Source: an uncultured Gammaproteobacteria bacterium
Lineage (GTDB): Bacteria > Patescibacteriota > Microgenomatia > Levybacterales > UBA12049
DNA length: 64,000 nt
Assembly (NCBI GenBank): GCA_964521295.1
Contig: CAZFRF010000001.1
Coordinates: 206,146-270,145 of the forward strand
Direction: 5' to 3'
Below, one piece after another: positions 1 through 9,862 of the stretch; within the stretch, counting starts at the first letter, position 1; each line of letters starts with the position of its first letter. The notes beneath the pieces are model-generated. The model was not told the DNA's origin. It ran no database searches and was given only the letters and a program-made list of their open reading frames with translations. A program made the position numbers and the translations under genes.

Positions 1-875
1 ACGCCAATGCCGCCTACTAAAAGAGAGATTGCCGCTATACCTCCTAAAGCAAGAGACAAGATATTAGTGATGTTGTTTACTAATTCAAGAGAAGATTCGG
101 CTGCCTGAAGCGTGAAGTCATCTTCTGTTAATCTTTTAAGTAGGGTTTTTTTAGATAAATTTAAGACAAATTTAACCTTATGATCATCAATTACAGAAAT
201 ATATGCCGAGTTAATGTTATTTATTCCAAATTGGTTTTGTGTTGCTTGAATTGGAACAACAATAACATTGTCCTGATCAAGACCAAAAACAGATCCTCTC
301 TTGGTTAAGACTCCTATGACTGTATAGACGTTATTGCCAATAAATATTTTTTTACCAATTGGATTTTCAGTTTTAAATAAATTGCTTACAACTGTTTGAC
401 CTAAGACTGCTACTCTTGCACCTGATTTTTCCTGACTTAAAGAGAAAAAAGTTCCCTTTTCAAGTTTTACATTTTTATCAGTTTTGGGATAAAAAGCAGT
501 GGTACCAAAAATGCTCGTTCCTTTACTCTCCTTGTTCTTGTATCTGGTATTTGCAGGCTGAGAGATAACTGGTGCAACGTTAGCTAGGCCTTTTAATTTA
601 ATTGCTAAATTATCTGCGTCTGAGATGAGTAATTTATTTGTAACTACCCCTCCAGGCGTTCTAGCTCCCCCAATTCTTCCTGGAATTAAATATATATTAT
701 TTGCTCCAAAACCATTGATTTGATCAGTAATGTATTTTTGCAAACCTGTACCAATAGAAACAAGTAGAATAATTGCAAATACGCCGATAATAATTCCTAG
801 AGTTGTTAAAAAACTTCTAAGTTTATTTGAAGAAATTGCATTAAAGGAAATTTTTAAAAGTTCAGAATATTGCAT
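1..875 (-). CDS. MacB/FtsX-family ABC transporter permease (3' end outside window)
   Basis: Manual translation from ATG at 875: MQYSELLKISFNAISSNKLRSFLTTLGIIIGV..., typical MacB-PCD permease N-terminus; follows the ABC ATPase. Confidence 0.9.
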   Translation of the reverse strand, partial: MQYSELLKISFNAISSNKLRSFLTTLGIIIGVFAIILLVSIGTGLQKYITDQINGFGANNIYLIPGRIGGARTPGGVVTNKLLISDADNLAIKLKGLANVAPVISQPANTRYKNKESKGTSIFGTTAFYPKTDKNVKLEKGTFFSLSQEKSGARVAVLGQTVVSNLFKTENPIGKKIFIGNNVYTVIGVLTKRGSVFGLDQDNVIVVPIQATQNQFGINNINSAYISVIDDHKVKFVLNLSKKTLLKRLTEDDFTLQAAESSLELVNNITNILSLALGGIAAISLLVGGIG

Positions 876-876
876 A

Positions 877-1557
877 TTAATTTTTTATTAATCCATCTTC
901 CAAATGAATAATTTTCTTAGCTTTTTTAGCTACGTCAAATTCATGGGTGATTAAAACAATTGTTTTACCTTCTTCATTTAATTCCTTCAAAATTTTCATT
1001 ACTTCATTTCCCGAGTTAGTATCTAAATTACCCGTTGGCTCGTCAGCTAAGATAAGTTCTGGATTATTCATTAAGGCTCTGGCGATAGCTACTCTTTGTT
1101 GTTGTCCTCCAGAAAGTTGATTTGGCTTACTATTCATTTTGTCTCCCAAGCCAAGTCTAGTGAGAAGATTTTTGGCTCTTTGAGTTCTTTCTTCTTCATT
1201 TGCACCTGCATAAATGGCGGGTAAAATTACATTTTCAAGAGTTGTTGCTCTTGCGAGTAAATTAAAAGATTGAAAAACAAACCCTAATTCTTTATTGCGG
1301 GTTAGTGCTTGATTATCTTCACTCATGCGACTAACATCAGTGCCGTTCAGAATATATTCTCCCTTAGTGGGAATATCTAGGAGTCCAAGGATATTCATAA
1401 GAGTTGATTTGCCACTACCCGATCTTCCAGTAATAGCTACAAAATCACCTTTATTGATAGTAATGTTAATTCCTTTTAATACACTTGTTACTACTTCTTC
1501 AGTAACATAATCTTTATAAATATTAGACAGTTTAATTAATACGTCTGAAGATTTCAT
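877..1557 (-). CDS. ABC transporter ATP-binding protein (LolD/MacB-like)
   Basis: Walker A GRSGSGKST, signature LSGGQQQR, Walker B ILADEPTGNLD. Confidence 0.95.
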   Translation of the reverse strand: MKSSDVLIKLSNIYKDYVTEEVVTSVLKGINITINKGDFVAITGRSGSGKSTLMNILGLLDIPTKGEYILNGTDVSRMSEDNQALTRNKELGFVFQSFNLLARATTLENVILPAIYAGANEEERTQRAKNLLTRLGLGDKMNSKPNQLSGGQQQRVAIARALMNNPELILADEPTGNLDTNSGNEVMKILKELNEEGKTIVLITHEFDVAKKAKKIIHLEDGLIKN

Positions 1558-1563
1558 TAATAA

Positions 1564-2610
1564 TTATTTAACCTGGGTTGGATCTAGGACAATTTCATCA
1601 TTTTCACTAAGACCAGTTTTAATTTCACTTTCCGTATCGCTTTGCAGACCAGGTGTAACATTGGTTTTAATATATTTACCATTCTTTTTTACGTAAACAG
1701 TTTTATCGTCTAAAAAGCTTGATAAAGGAATAACTAGAACGTTTTTAACTTCTTTTATTATTATTTCCGCATTTCCGCTCATTCCTACTCTATATTTAAA
1801 TTCAGAGTTATCTATATTTAAATCTGCTTTAACTGTATAAGCGTTTCCGCCTGTAGTAGTTGTATGCGTTACAAAATCTATAGAATTTACATGTAATTTA
1901 ATGTTTTCATCTGGATATGTATCTAAGTTAAGATCAACTATTTCTCCTTGAGAAATTTTGCCAATATCTGCTTCATCAACATCCATTGCGAAATTTAAGC
2001 TATTGGGATCAGTTACAGTAAATACTGTTGTAGAGTTTACATTTACTCCTGGAGTATCGGCATCGATTCTAGTCATTACTCCTGCTAAAGGTGAATAAAG
2101 ACATGAATTATTTAAATCATGTTGTACTTTTAAGATTTGATCATAGGCTTTGTTTTGGGCGGCATCAATAGCAGTTCTTTGAACTTTTTCAGCATTTGAT
2201 TCTGTATCATTATTGTGATCATCATAATATTGCTGTGATGCAGCTTTGGCCGCGGTAAAATCTTGCTGTGCTTGTCTATAGCTTGCCTGCAGTTTCTGCT
2301 CGTCAATACAAGCAATAACTTGGCCTTTTTTAACAATGTCGCCTAATTTTACGTAGATTGCCGATAGCGTCTCCAAGCTTTGAAAAGTTAAGTTCGCTTT
2401 ATTTTCTGCTTCAATTTTTCCCGTTATGGAGACTGTTTGCTGGAGATCTTTATAGGTTACTTTTTGAGTTTCAATCTCAACTTTATTTTTTGGCCATAAA
2501 ACAATCGTTATTAGAATGACAATAAAAAGACTAAATAAAGATATCTTTTTGTGATTTTTGATAGTAGTAAATATCTTTTTAATTAAACTTAAGCTAAGTA
2601 ATTTTGCCAT
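1564..2610 (-). CDS. Efflux membrane-fusion/adaptor protein (MacA/HlyD family)
   Basis: N-terminal TM anchor, lipoyl-like VKLGDIVKKGQ, hairpin and beta-barrel (DVDEADIG); in operon with ATPase and permease. Confidence 0.9.
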   Translation of the reverse strand: MAKLLSLSLIKKIFTTIKNHKKISLFSLFIVILITIVLWPKNKVEIETQKVTYKDLQQTVSITGKIEAENKANLTFQSLETLSAIYVKLGDIVKKGQVIACIDEQKLQASYRQAQQDFTAAKAASQQYYDDHNNDTESNAEKVQRTAIDAAQNKAYDQILKVQHDLNNSCLYSPLAGVMTRIDADTPGVNVNSTTVFTVTDPNSLNFAMDVDEADIGKISQGEIVDLNLDTYPDENIKLHVNSIDFVTHTTTTGGNAYTVKADLNIDNSEFKYRVGMSGNAEIIIKEVKNVLVIPLSSFLDDKTVYVKKNGKYIKTNVTPGLQSDTESEIKTGLSENDEIVLDPTQVK

Positions 2611-2671
2611 GACAATAAGTACTGATAATCTTAGCTTAGCTTAAATGAGGTATTTAAATCAAGAGAAAAAA

Positions 2672-3148
2672 TTAATGATCTAACGCTAACTCTTTAGAGG
2701 ATAAAATGTGGTTTACAGCATCTTCGTGTACGTGTTCATGGGGAAAGATCCTTAATGCTCTTTTAGTTTTAGGATCTTCCGTAGAATGCATTCTTAAAGC
2801 AACTGCAAGTTCTAAGGCTAAATTATTTCTTCCTCGAACATCAGTTAATTTTTCGAATGAATTATCTCCGAGTAAATAAAAATCATGTTTACCATCAGTT
2901 TTGTGTTCTGCATCAACAACCATTACCACATCTCCACCGTTTTGAACATGAACATTTCTTACCTGGGTATGAATATCAATTGTTTCCATAGGGTCCCCGC
3001 CTCTAATTGTGGCCGTTACTTGATCTCCTAGATCAACCTGAATTTCTCTTGGATGTCTTTTGCCCACAAAAATCCCTCGCTTTTCTAGGTAAGCATTTCT
3101 TCTTGCTTCGGTTGCATGTCTTGGTCTTTGTCTTTCAATATTTCTCAT
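2672..3148 (-). CDS. Hypothetical protein
   Basis: Open ORF filling the gap; ATG at 3148 chosen as the probable start; no recognisable motif. Confidence 0.55.
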   Translation of the reverse strand: MRNIERQRPRHATEARRNAYLEKRGIFVGKRHPREIQVDLGDQVTATIRGGDPMETIDIHTQVRNVHVQNGGDVVMVVDAEHKTDGKHDFYLLGDNSFEKLTDVRGRNNLALELAVALRMHSTEDPKTKRALRIFPHEHVHEDAVNHILSSKELALDH

Positions 3149-3254
3149 ACAGGATAATGATAATAACACAAATGAGGCTATTATGCAATATTATAGGTTA
3201 CTTAGTTTACTAAAGAAGTTAAACTTCCGATTGATAAGTAGATAGAAAGTGTTG

Positions 3255-3328
3255 TGAGCCGCCTGAGGGTCGAACTCAGAACCTATTCCTTAAGAGGGAA
3301 TTGCTCTAGCCAGTTGAGCTAGCGGCCC
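3255..3328 (-). tRNA. tRNA-Lys(CTT)
   Basis: GGGCCGC...GCGGCTC-A cloverleaf, anticodon arm ATTCC-CT-CTT-AA-GGAAT, GTTCGA T-loop. Confidence 0.95.
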
Positions 3329-3386
3329 TTTTGGTTTATATTGTTCGTTAAGTATACTATAATACTCGTAGATAGACAATTATCTC

Positions 3387-3461
3387 GCGCCTGTAGCTCA
3401 GTGGATTTAGAGCATCTCGCTTCGGACGAGAGGGTCGGGGGTTCAAGTCCCTCCAGGCGTA
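3387..3461 (+). tRNA. tRNA-Arg(TCG)
   Basis: GCGCCTG...CAGGCGT-A, anticodon arm TCTCG-CT-TCG-GA-CGAGA, GTTCAA T-loop; divergent from tRNA-Lys. Confidence 0.95.
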
Positions 3462-3509
3462 CATTTTCCCACTTGAACAATGATAGTGTTATTACGATAT
3501 AATTATTAA

Positions 3510-4763
3510 ATGCTCGCAAAATTAAGACACCCTTTGGTAGTTATTCTGTTAACCGTATTTGTTGATCTTTTAGGTTTTGGTATTTTAATACCAGTTATTC
3601 CGCAGCTTTTAGCAAATCCTAATTCTCCATTTTTTCTTTTACCAGGGAATTTAAATATTTCCCAAGGCTATATTTTATTAGGATTTCTAACAGCAGTATT
3701 CCCTATTGGTCAATTTATAGCTACTCCAATTTTGGGAGAGTTATCTGATAAGTTTGGGAGAAGAAATATTTTAGCATTATCACTAGCTGGGACATGCTTG
3801 TCATATATAATATTTGCTTTAGGAATATTTACGAAAAATATTCCCTTGCTGTTTATATCAAGATTTTTCGATGGCTTAACTGGAGGTAATATTTCAGTTG
3901 CTCAGGCATCAATTGCCGATATAACAACCCCACAAAATAGGGCAAAAAACTTTGGTCTCATGGGAGCTGCATTTGGTATTGGTTTTATTATTGGTCCGTT
4001 TTTAGGTGGTAAATTATCTGATCCAACAGTTATGCCTTGGTTTAATGCTGTCACACCTTTTCTTTTTGCGGCAATCCTTAGCTTTATAAACATAATTTCA
4101 GTTCTACTCTTTTTCCCAGAGACGCTTAGGGAAAGAAGGCACGACTTAAAGATTAAATGGACCAGGTCTATTATGAACGTAGTTCATGCATATAATCTTG
4201 AAAAGTTAAGAGTTCTTTTCTTGACCAATTTTCTCTTTCAAGCTGGTTTTTCATTCTTTGTTACTTTCTTTAGTGTTTACCTAATCAATAAATTTGGTTT
4301 TACTCAGGGCAATATTGGAGATTTCTTTGCTTATATTGGTTTGTGGGTAGCGTTTACCCAGGTTGTTTTAACAAGAGCTATCGGTAAGCGTTTTACAGAT
4401 ATAACAATTTTAAGAGTGACTTTTTTAGGAAGTGCAATCATAACATTTATGTACCTTCTTCCTAATCAAGGTTGGCAATTTTTACTTATTATTCCTTTCT
4501 TTGCAGCATTTAACGGTTTAAATCAAGCGAATGCTTCGGCTTTGGTAAGTAAATCAGTAGATTGGTCTGTTCAGGGAGAAATCTTAGGCGTTAATGCAAG
4601 CGTTCAAGCGTTGGCTCAAGCAATTCCTCCAATATTATCAGGTTATATTGCAGCAAGTCTTTCTCCAGAGGCTCCAATCTTAGTATCTGGAGTGGTTATT
4701 TTGGCTGCCGCCTTGCTTTTCATATTCTTTTTTAAACCTCAAAAAACTGTCCCACAAGTATAG
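3510..4763 (+). CDS. MFS transporter, TetA/DHA1-like
   Basis: 12 hydrophobic segments, motif A GELSDKFGRR, motif C GFIIGPFLGG. Confidence 0.92.
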   Translation: MLAKLRHPLVVILLTVFVDLLGFGILIPVIPQLLANPNSPFFLLPGNLNISQGYILLGFLTAVFPIGQFIATPILGELSDKFGRRNILALSLAGTCLSYIIFALGIFTKNIPLLFISRFFDGLTGGNISVAQASIADITTPQNRAKNFGLMGAAFGIGFIIGPFLGGKLSDPTVMPWFNAVTPFLFAAILSFINIISVLLFFPETLRERRHDLKIKWTRSIMNVVHAYNLEKLRVLFLTNFLFQAGFSFFVTFFSVYLINKFGFTQGNIGDFFAYIGLWVAFTQVVLTRAIGKRFTDITILRVTFLGSAIITFMYLLPNQGWQFLLIIPFFAAFNGLNQANASALVSKSVDWSVQGEILGVNASVQALAQAIPPILSGYIAASLSPEAPILVSGVVILAAALLFIFFFKPQKTVPQV

Positions 4764-4769
4764 TTAGAT

Positions 4770-5378
4770 TTATAGAAATCTGCTTAGGTTAAAACTCGTT
4801 CTGTGCAATTTAGATAATCCATATTTTTTAAGTGCCTCTTGGTGAAACTTAGTACCATAACCTTTATTTTCAAAAAAATTATATTCAGGAAAATCTAGAT
4901 GTAATTTCTCCATTAGTTTATCTCTATATACTTTAGCAACAATGGAAGCGGCTGCAATGGATACAGAAATGCTATCACCTTTGATAATTGCTTTTTGTAA
5001 ATTTAAATCTAAATCTTTAATTATAAAGCCGTCAATAAGTGCAAATTGAAATTTTTCTTTTAGTTTCTGTAAGGAATTATTTAGTGCGATTTGATTTGCC
5101 TTTCCAATACCTACTGCGTTAATGGTGTCAACCCCAACTTCTGCAATCGCAACGCAAATCGCTTTATCGAATATATACTTACTTAACTCTTCTCTTTGTT
5201 TTGGTGTTAGCTTTTTTGAATCATTTATTCCTTTTATTGCAAAATTTGAAGGTAAAATTACTGATGCGGCGACTATTGGTCCAGCAAATGCTCCCCTTCC
5301 AACCTCGTCAACTCCAGCTATATTGATAAATCCTTTGGACCAAAGTAATTGTTCTTCTTTAAAAGAGGGTTGAGTCAT
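4770..5378 (-). CDS. rnhB: Ribonuclease HII
   Basis: AGVDEVGRG, DSKKL, IKGDS...IAAASIVAKV, NKGYGT motifs; ATG at 5378 preferred. Confidence 0.95.
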   Translation of the reverse strand: MTQPSFKEEQLLWSKGFINIAGVDEVGRGAFAGPIVAASVILPSNFAIKGINDSKKLTPKQREELSKYIFDKAICVAIAEVGVDTINAVGIGKANQIALNNSLQKLKEKFQFALIDGFIIKDLDLNLQKAIIKGDSISVSIAAASIVAKVYRDKLMEKLHLDFPEYNFFENKGYGTKFHQEALKKYGLSKLHRTSFNLSRFL

Positions 5379-6489
5379 TTTCGGCTTCAATAAGTTGTGG
5401 GGTTTCAACATCCGAGAGTTCTGGTAAGTTACTAACAATTGCTTTTAGTTCCCCATAGAAATTAGCTGTGTTCATGTCTAGCTTATCAACCTGTTTTTCT
5501 TGCTCTTTCCATCTTAGAGTTGCTGATCTTTTCTCTTTTTCCAAGGAATCTCTTAATGCGTTTACTGCATCGAAATGCGCTTGCATTCGATGTTTAAACG
5601 AATCAGAAATAATGTAATCCCTAATCGCACTCCATTCTTCTTCAGTGTGATTTGCCCCAGACTTAGCAGTGGCTATATTAGTAACTAAATACCTAACGAA
5701 TCTACAAATATTGATTGCATTTTCATAATTTGTAACCCAGATTCCATCTTTTCTGTCAAAGCTTGTAACCTCCTCTGGAAGTACTTGGGAAACAATAATG
5801 GCTTCTGATGCAGAAATTTTTGCTGAATCATCTTTTAGTTTTGAAAGCCATGAATTGCTCCACGCCTTAGTTCTTTTTGTTTCCCAGATAATTGAACCAA
5901 CAACTTTTCCATTGAATCTAATTTTTTGCCAAATGTCTGCACCTTCGACACCTTTAGGGATTGGTAAGAATTCATCATTAGGAAAAGTTTCTTTAAGTTT
6001 TGCTTCTAGGTTGAGCTCCAGTGCTTCTCCTTGAAGTTGCTGCGAGCCTTGTTCAAGCTTTCTTTTTAAGTCTTCAGCCTCTTTTTTAAAGGTTTCTGCA
6101 ATTTTTTGAACTTGTTCGAGTTGAATATCTTTTTGTCTTAACTTTAAGGCTTCTGCTTCTTGTGCTTCTTTTTGAGCGGATTTTTTGGCTTCCTCTTTAA
6201 TTTTTTCCTCTGCTTCTTCTCTTTCTTTTTCTTGTTTTTCAAGTAGATCTTTAAGCTGTTGCTCTGTCTTTTTGGCTTCTAGTAAATCTTTTTCTCTTTC
6301 TTTAGCTTCTTCTTCGAATTCTTTTCTGAGTAGCTTTTCTTTTTCTTCAGCTTCTTTAATCTTTTCTTTCTCAAATTGTGCTTGTAAAAGTTTTCTTTCT
6401 TCCTCTCTTACTTTTTGTGAGAGCTGATGAACAATCGCTTCTGAAATTTCTACGTCTTTTCCACAATGAGGGCAAATGATGTTATCCAT
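5359..6489 (-). CDS. DUF2130-like coiled-coil protein
   Basis: N-terminal CPHC, long coiled coil, GSQQLQGEALE and IIWETKRTKAW motifs. Confidence 0.85.
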   Translation of the reverse strand: MDNIICPHCGKDVEISEAIVHQLSQKVREEERKLLQAQFEKEKIKEAEEKEKLLRKEFEEEAKEREKDLLEAKKTEQQLKDLLEKQEKEREEAEEKIKEEAKKSAQKEAQEAEALKLRQKDIQLEQVQKIAETFKKEAEDLKRKLEQGSQQLQGEALELNLEAKLKETFPNDEFLPIPKGVEGADIWQKIRFNGKVVGSIIWETKRTKAWSNSWLSKLKDDSAKISASEAIIVSQVLPEEVTSFDRKDGIWVTNYENAINICRFVRYLVTNIATAKSGANHTEEEWSAIRDYIISDSFKHRMQAHFDAVNALRDSLEKEKRSATLRWKEQEKQVDKLDMNTANFYGELKAIVSNLPELSDVETPQLIEAENDSTLF

Positions 6490-6567
6490 AAGTTTAAATA
6501 TAATACGCTCAAATTATACATATTTCAACAGTTTGAATATACTTTGCATTTTTGTTATTCTTTAATT

Positions 6568-6972
6568 GTGAAACCCTTTTTAAGGAATAGTCTTTTTAAT
6601 GCTTTCTCAATTTTTTTCTTAAGCCAGGTTCTTCCTGGAGTCAAAGTTAGCGATGGTCTTTTTACCTATCTCTTTGGCGGTCTAGCGCTGACACTGCTAT
6701 TTATCTTTTTAAGACCAGTACTAAAAATTTTAGCTTTACCTTTAAATTTAGTAACGCTTGGGGCATTTTCTTTTTTAACAAATGTAATTATTTTTTATTT
6801 ATTAACAGTGCTTGTTTTTGGAATTAGTATTACGTCATTTGACTTTCCTGGCGTCTCTTGGGCTGGGTTTATAATTCCTAAGATTCATTTTAATATTCTT
6901 TTTGCTTTTATAGCTGTGGCCTTCTTCCAATCTGTTTGCGTTTCTTTTTTAAACTGGTTAACTGAAAATTAA
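6568..6972 (+). CDS. YvlD/4-TM phage-holin-family membrane protein
   Basis: LRPVLKILALPLNLVTLGAF motif; GTG start at 6568. Confidence 0.85.
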   Translation: MKPFLRNSLFNAFSIFFLSQVLPGVKVSDGLFTYLFGGLALTLLFIFLRPVLKILALPLNLVTLGAFSFLTNVIIFYLLTVLVFGISITSFDFPGVSWAGFIIPKIHFNILFAFIAVAFFQSVCVSFLNWLTEN

Positions 6973-7011
6973 GTTTGAAAAGATAGTCAATAAAAGATAT
7001 AATACATACTG

Positions 7012-7236
7012 ATGTTAGTCTTAATTATAAACATCCTAGATATTATTGCAGCTATAGCTTTAATTTGCTTAGTTCTTCTACAAATGCAAGGTAGTGGATT
7101 GTCAGGAGCTTTTGGAGGAGCAGGAGAGTTTTATAGAAGCAAAAGAAGTATAGAGAAATTGCTAATTTGGGCTACAATTGTTGTAACCATAATTTTTGGT
7201 ATTACATCTTTGCTTCTTTTAATTCCTCTAAAATAA
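7012..7236 (+). CDS. secG: Preprotein translocase subunit SecG
   Basis: Two TM segments with VLLQ..GSGLSGAFGG loop and RSIEK motif. Confidence 0.92.
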   Translation: MLVLIINILDIIAAIALICLVLLQMQGSGLSGAFGGAGEFYRSKRSIEKLLIWATIVVTIIFGITSLLLLIPLK

Positions 7237-7242
7237 CAAATT

Positions 7243-8607
7243 ATGATTTTCTTAAAAAGAAGAAGATTAATTTTCTGGTTAATAAAAGCCTATATCAAAA
7301 GGTGGAGAAAAACTATTTTAATTTCCTTTGTTTTTGGGCTGATTGCTTTCTTCCTTCTTCGCTACGGAGTAAACTATTTCGTTCCCCTACTTCCTTTTGT
7401 TCATGAAGAAAAAATTGGAATTGAAGGCGCTTATACAATTGATACATTACCTTCGACAATTATTTCTAAAGTTTCTGTTGGTTTAACTAAATTTGACGCA
7501 AATTATAAACCAATTCCAGGTGTTGCTAAGAAATGGGAAATAAAAGATAACGGTAAGACATACATTTTTTATCTCAAAGATAATATTAATTTCAGCGACA
7601 AGACAAAACTTACTTCAGACTTAATAAAATACAATTTTATAGGTGTAAATACACAAACACCTAATGACTCAACAATTGTTTTTAGACTCAAAAATAGCTA
7701 CGCGCCATTTTTGGTTACCGTAACTAGACCAATTTTTAAATCAGGGTTTGTAGGAATTGGAGATTATAAAGTTCAATCGGTTAAGTTAAATGGAGATTTT
7801 GTACAATCAATTACTTTAAGATCTCTAAAACAACAAAAAACTGTTTTAATTTATCAATTTTATCCCACTCAAGAAGCTTTAAAGACAGCTTTTGTTTTAG
7901 GGGAAATTGATAAGGCAATCAATTTAACAGATGTTAAGTTTAAAGATACTTCTTTTGAAAAGTTTCAAGGAGTAAATGTTTCCAGAAGGCTTGATGATCA
8001 AAACTTAGTAACTCTTTTTTACAATACAATTGATAAAAATTTATCAGATAAAAGACTTAGAGAGGCAATTGCCTATGCTATTCCCGATAAGTTTATGCAA
8101 GGATACAGAAATCATGGTCCTTTTTCTCCAAAATCATGGGTAAATAGTCCAAATTTAGCAACGTATACTCAGGATTTTGAACACGCAAAGCTTTTACTGG
8201 ATAATTCCGATTCATTTAAAGCAAATAAAAATGGGATTGCGTTTGAATTAAAAACTTTTCCTAAGTATGAGAGCTTAGCTAAAATTATTCAAAATAATTT
8301 AAAGAAATTAAATATACATATCAAAATTACCGTTGTTGATTCTCTGCCTACACAGTTTCAAATGTTTTTAGGCGATTTTAGGGTTCCTAGAGATCCAGAT
8401 CAATACATACTTTGGCATTCTTCCCAGGAAGACAATATTACAAAATATAAGAATTTAAGGATTGATAAGCTTTTAGAAGACGGAAGAGAAGTTAATTCAA
8501 TAGAAGAAAGAAAGAAGTTGTATACAGATTTTCAGAAGTACTTACTTGATGATCCTCCCGCAACTTTTCTTTTATTCCCCTATCTCTTTGATGTTAGTAG
8601 AAAGTAG
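7243..8607 (+). CDS. ABC peptide-binding protein (family 5), membrane-anchored
   Basis: GLTKFD...PGVAKKWEIKDNGKTYIFYLK, DPDQYILWHSSQ motifs. Confidence 0.85.
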   Translation: MIFLKRRRLIFWLIKAYIKRWRKTILISFVFGLIAFFLLRYGVNYFVPLLPFVHEEKIGIEGAYTIDTLPSTIISKVSVGLTKFDANYKPIPGVAKKWEIKDNGKTYIFYLKDNINFSDKTKLTSDLIKYNFIGVNTQTPNDSTIVFRLKNSYAPFLVTVTRPIFKSGFVGIGDYKVQSVKLNGDFVQSITLRSLKQQKTVLIYQFYPTQEALKTAFVLGEIDKAINLTDVKFKDTSFEKFQGVNVSRRLDDQNLVTLFYNTIDKNLSDKRLREAIAYAIPDKFMQGYRNHGPFSPKSWVNSPNLATYTQDFEHAKLLLDNSDSFKANKNGIAFELKTFPKYESLAKIIQNNLKKLNIHIKITVVDSLPTQFQMFLGDFRVPRDPDQYILWHSSQEDNITKYKNLRIDKLLEDGREVNSIEERKKLYTDFQKYLLDDPPATFLLFPYLFDVSRK

Positions 8608-9862
8608 CTTTTGATCTAAGTTTTTTGTGATAAGTAATTGCGAATCTATGCGCCTCATCCCTTATTTTCATAATCATAAGTAGTGCTTTAGAATCTTTTG
8701 GTAGCTTTATTTCTTGTAAGTCACTTGTAATAATTGTCTCTTCTCTCTTAGCTAAGCCAATAACCGGAATATTAACTTGTAATTTATCGAGTATTTCTTT
8801 TGCGCTTGAGACTTGGCCTTTGCCACCATCGATTAAGAATAAATCAGGTAATTGCCAAGAATTATGAAGTCTTCGTTCAATAACTTCTTTAATCATTCCA
8901 AAATCATTAGGTAGATTATTAAAATCGCTTTTTATTTTGAATCGTCTATATTGAGATTTATCTATATTGCCGTTTGTCAGGACAACCATAGAGGCTGTTG
9001 GATTAGTTCCTTGAGTATTTGAAATGTCATAACATTCAATTCTGTCTAGTTTTTTTACCCCTACTCCATTGGTATTTAATATTTCAATTAAAGAATTTAG
9101 TTGGGAAAAAATTACATCATCTTTTAAGTTAGGATTTTCCTCATATTCAAATGGTTTATAAAAAGGACTAGTGATTAGTTTAATTGCGTCAATTTTAACT
9201 TGAAATTTTCTTGCTTCTTCAAAATCTTCATTTTTACTTAATCTTTCTCTTTCTTTTTCTAAATCTTTAATAACATTTTTTGATTTACCATTCATAAAAT
9301 CAATAATGTGTTTTATGGTTTTTGTGTAATTGATATCATTTGTTACTTCAGGACAAGGACAAAGCCCTAAATGATTATATAAGCAAATTCTATTTCCATG
9401 ATTTATAACTGATTTATAGGGAAAGATTTTACGAAGTAATTTTAAAACAGTTCTTAAAGACGTCGCACTGGTAAATGGGCCAAAATACAATGCCTTAGAA
9501 TCGTCCATTTTTCTAACTACTAAAACTGCTGGATATTTATCTTTATAATTTATTTTTAAATAGGGAAAAGATTTATCATCTTTTAGAAGAATGTTGTATT
9601 TGGGTTTATGTTTCTTAATTAATCTTTCTTCAAGTAAAAATGCTTCAATTTCTGAAGTTACACTGATAGTTTTTATTTGCTTAATCTGCTCTACGAGGGC
9701 TTTGGTTTTTTCGCCTAAATCTTTATTTAGAAAGTAACTAGAGACTCTCTTCTTGAGGTTTTTTGCTTTCCCACAATAAATTATTCTCCCTTCTTCGTTT
9801 AAAAAAAGGTAGATGCCTGTATCCTGCGATAATGATCGATAGTCCGAAGATTGTACTAACAA
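8594..9862 (-). CDS. uvrC: Excinuclease UvrC (short form, no C-terminal HhH domain)
   Basis: GIY-YIG (GIYLF...IYCGKAKNLKKRVSSYF), RIECYDISN, IDGGKGQ, RDEAHRFA; TTG start with AGGAGG 8 nt upstream. Confidence 0.9.
   Translation of the reverse strand: MLVQSSDYRSLSQDTGIYLFLNEEGRIIYCGKAKNLKKRVSSYFLNKDLGEKTKALVEQIKQIKTISVTSEIEAFLLEERLIKKHKPKYNILLKDDKSFPYLKINYKDKYPAVLVVRKMDDSKALYFGPFTSATSLRTVLKLLRKIFPYKSVINHGNRICLYNHLGLCPCPEVTNDINYTKTIKHIIDFMNGKSKNVIKDLEKERERLSKNEDFEEARKFQVKIDAIKLITSPFYKPFEYEENPNLKDDVIFSQLNSLIEILNTNGVGVKKLDRIECYDISNTQGTNPTASMVVLTNGNIDKSQYRRFKIKSDFNNLPNDFGMIKEVIERRLHNSWQLPDLFLIDGGKGQVSSAKEILDKLQVNIPVIGLAKREETIITSDLQEIKLPKDSKALLMIMKIRDEAHRFAITYHKKLRSKATFY

Noticed and set aside
3319-3519. 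66-aa minus-strand ORF
   Set aside because: Antisense translation of tRNA-Arg
6568-6972. Holin-family gene as prophage evidence
   Set aside because: YvlD-type membrane gene in a housekeeping context next to secG; no phage genes nearby
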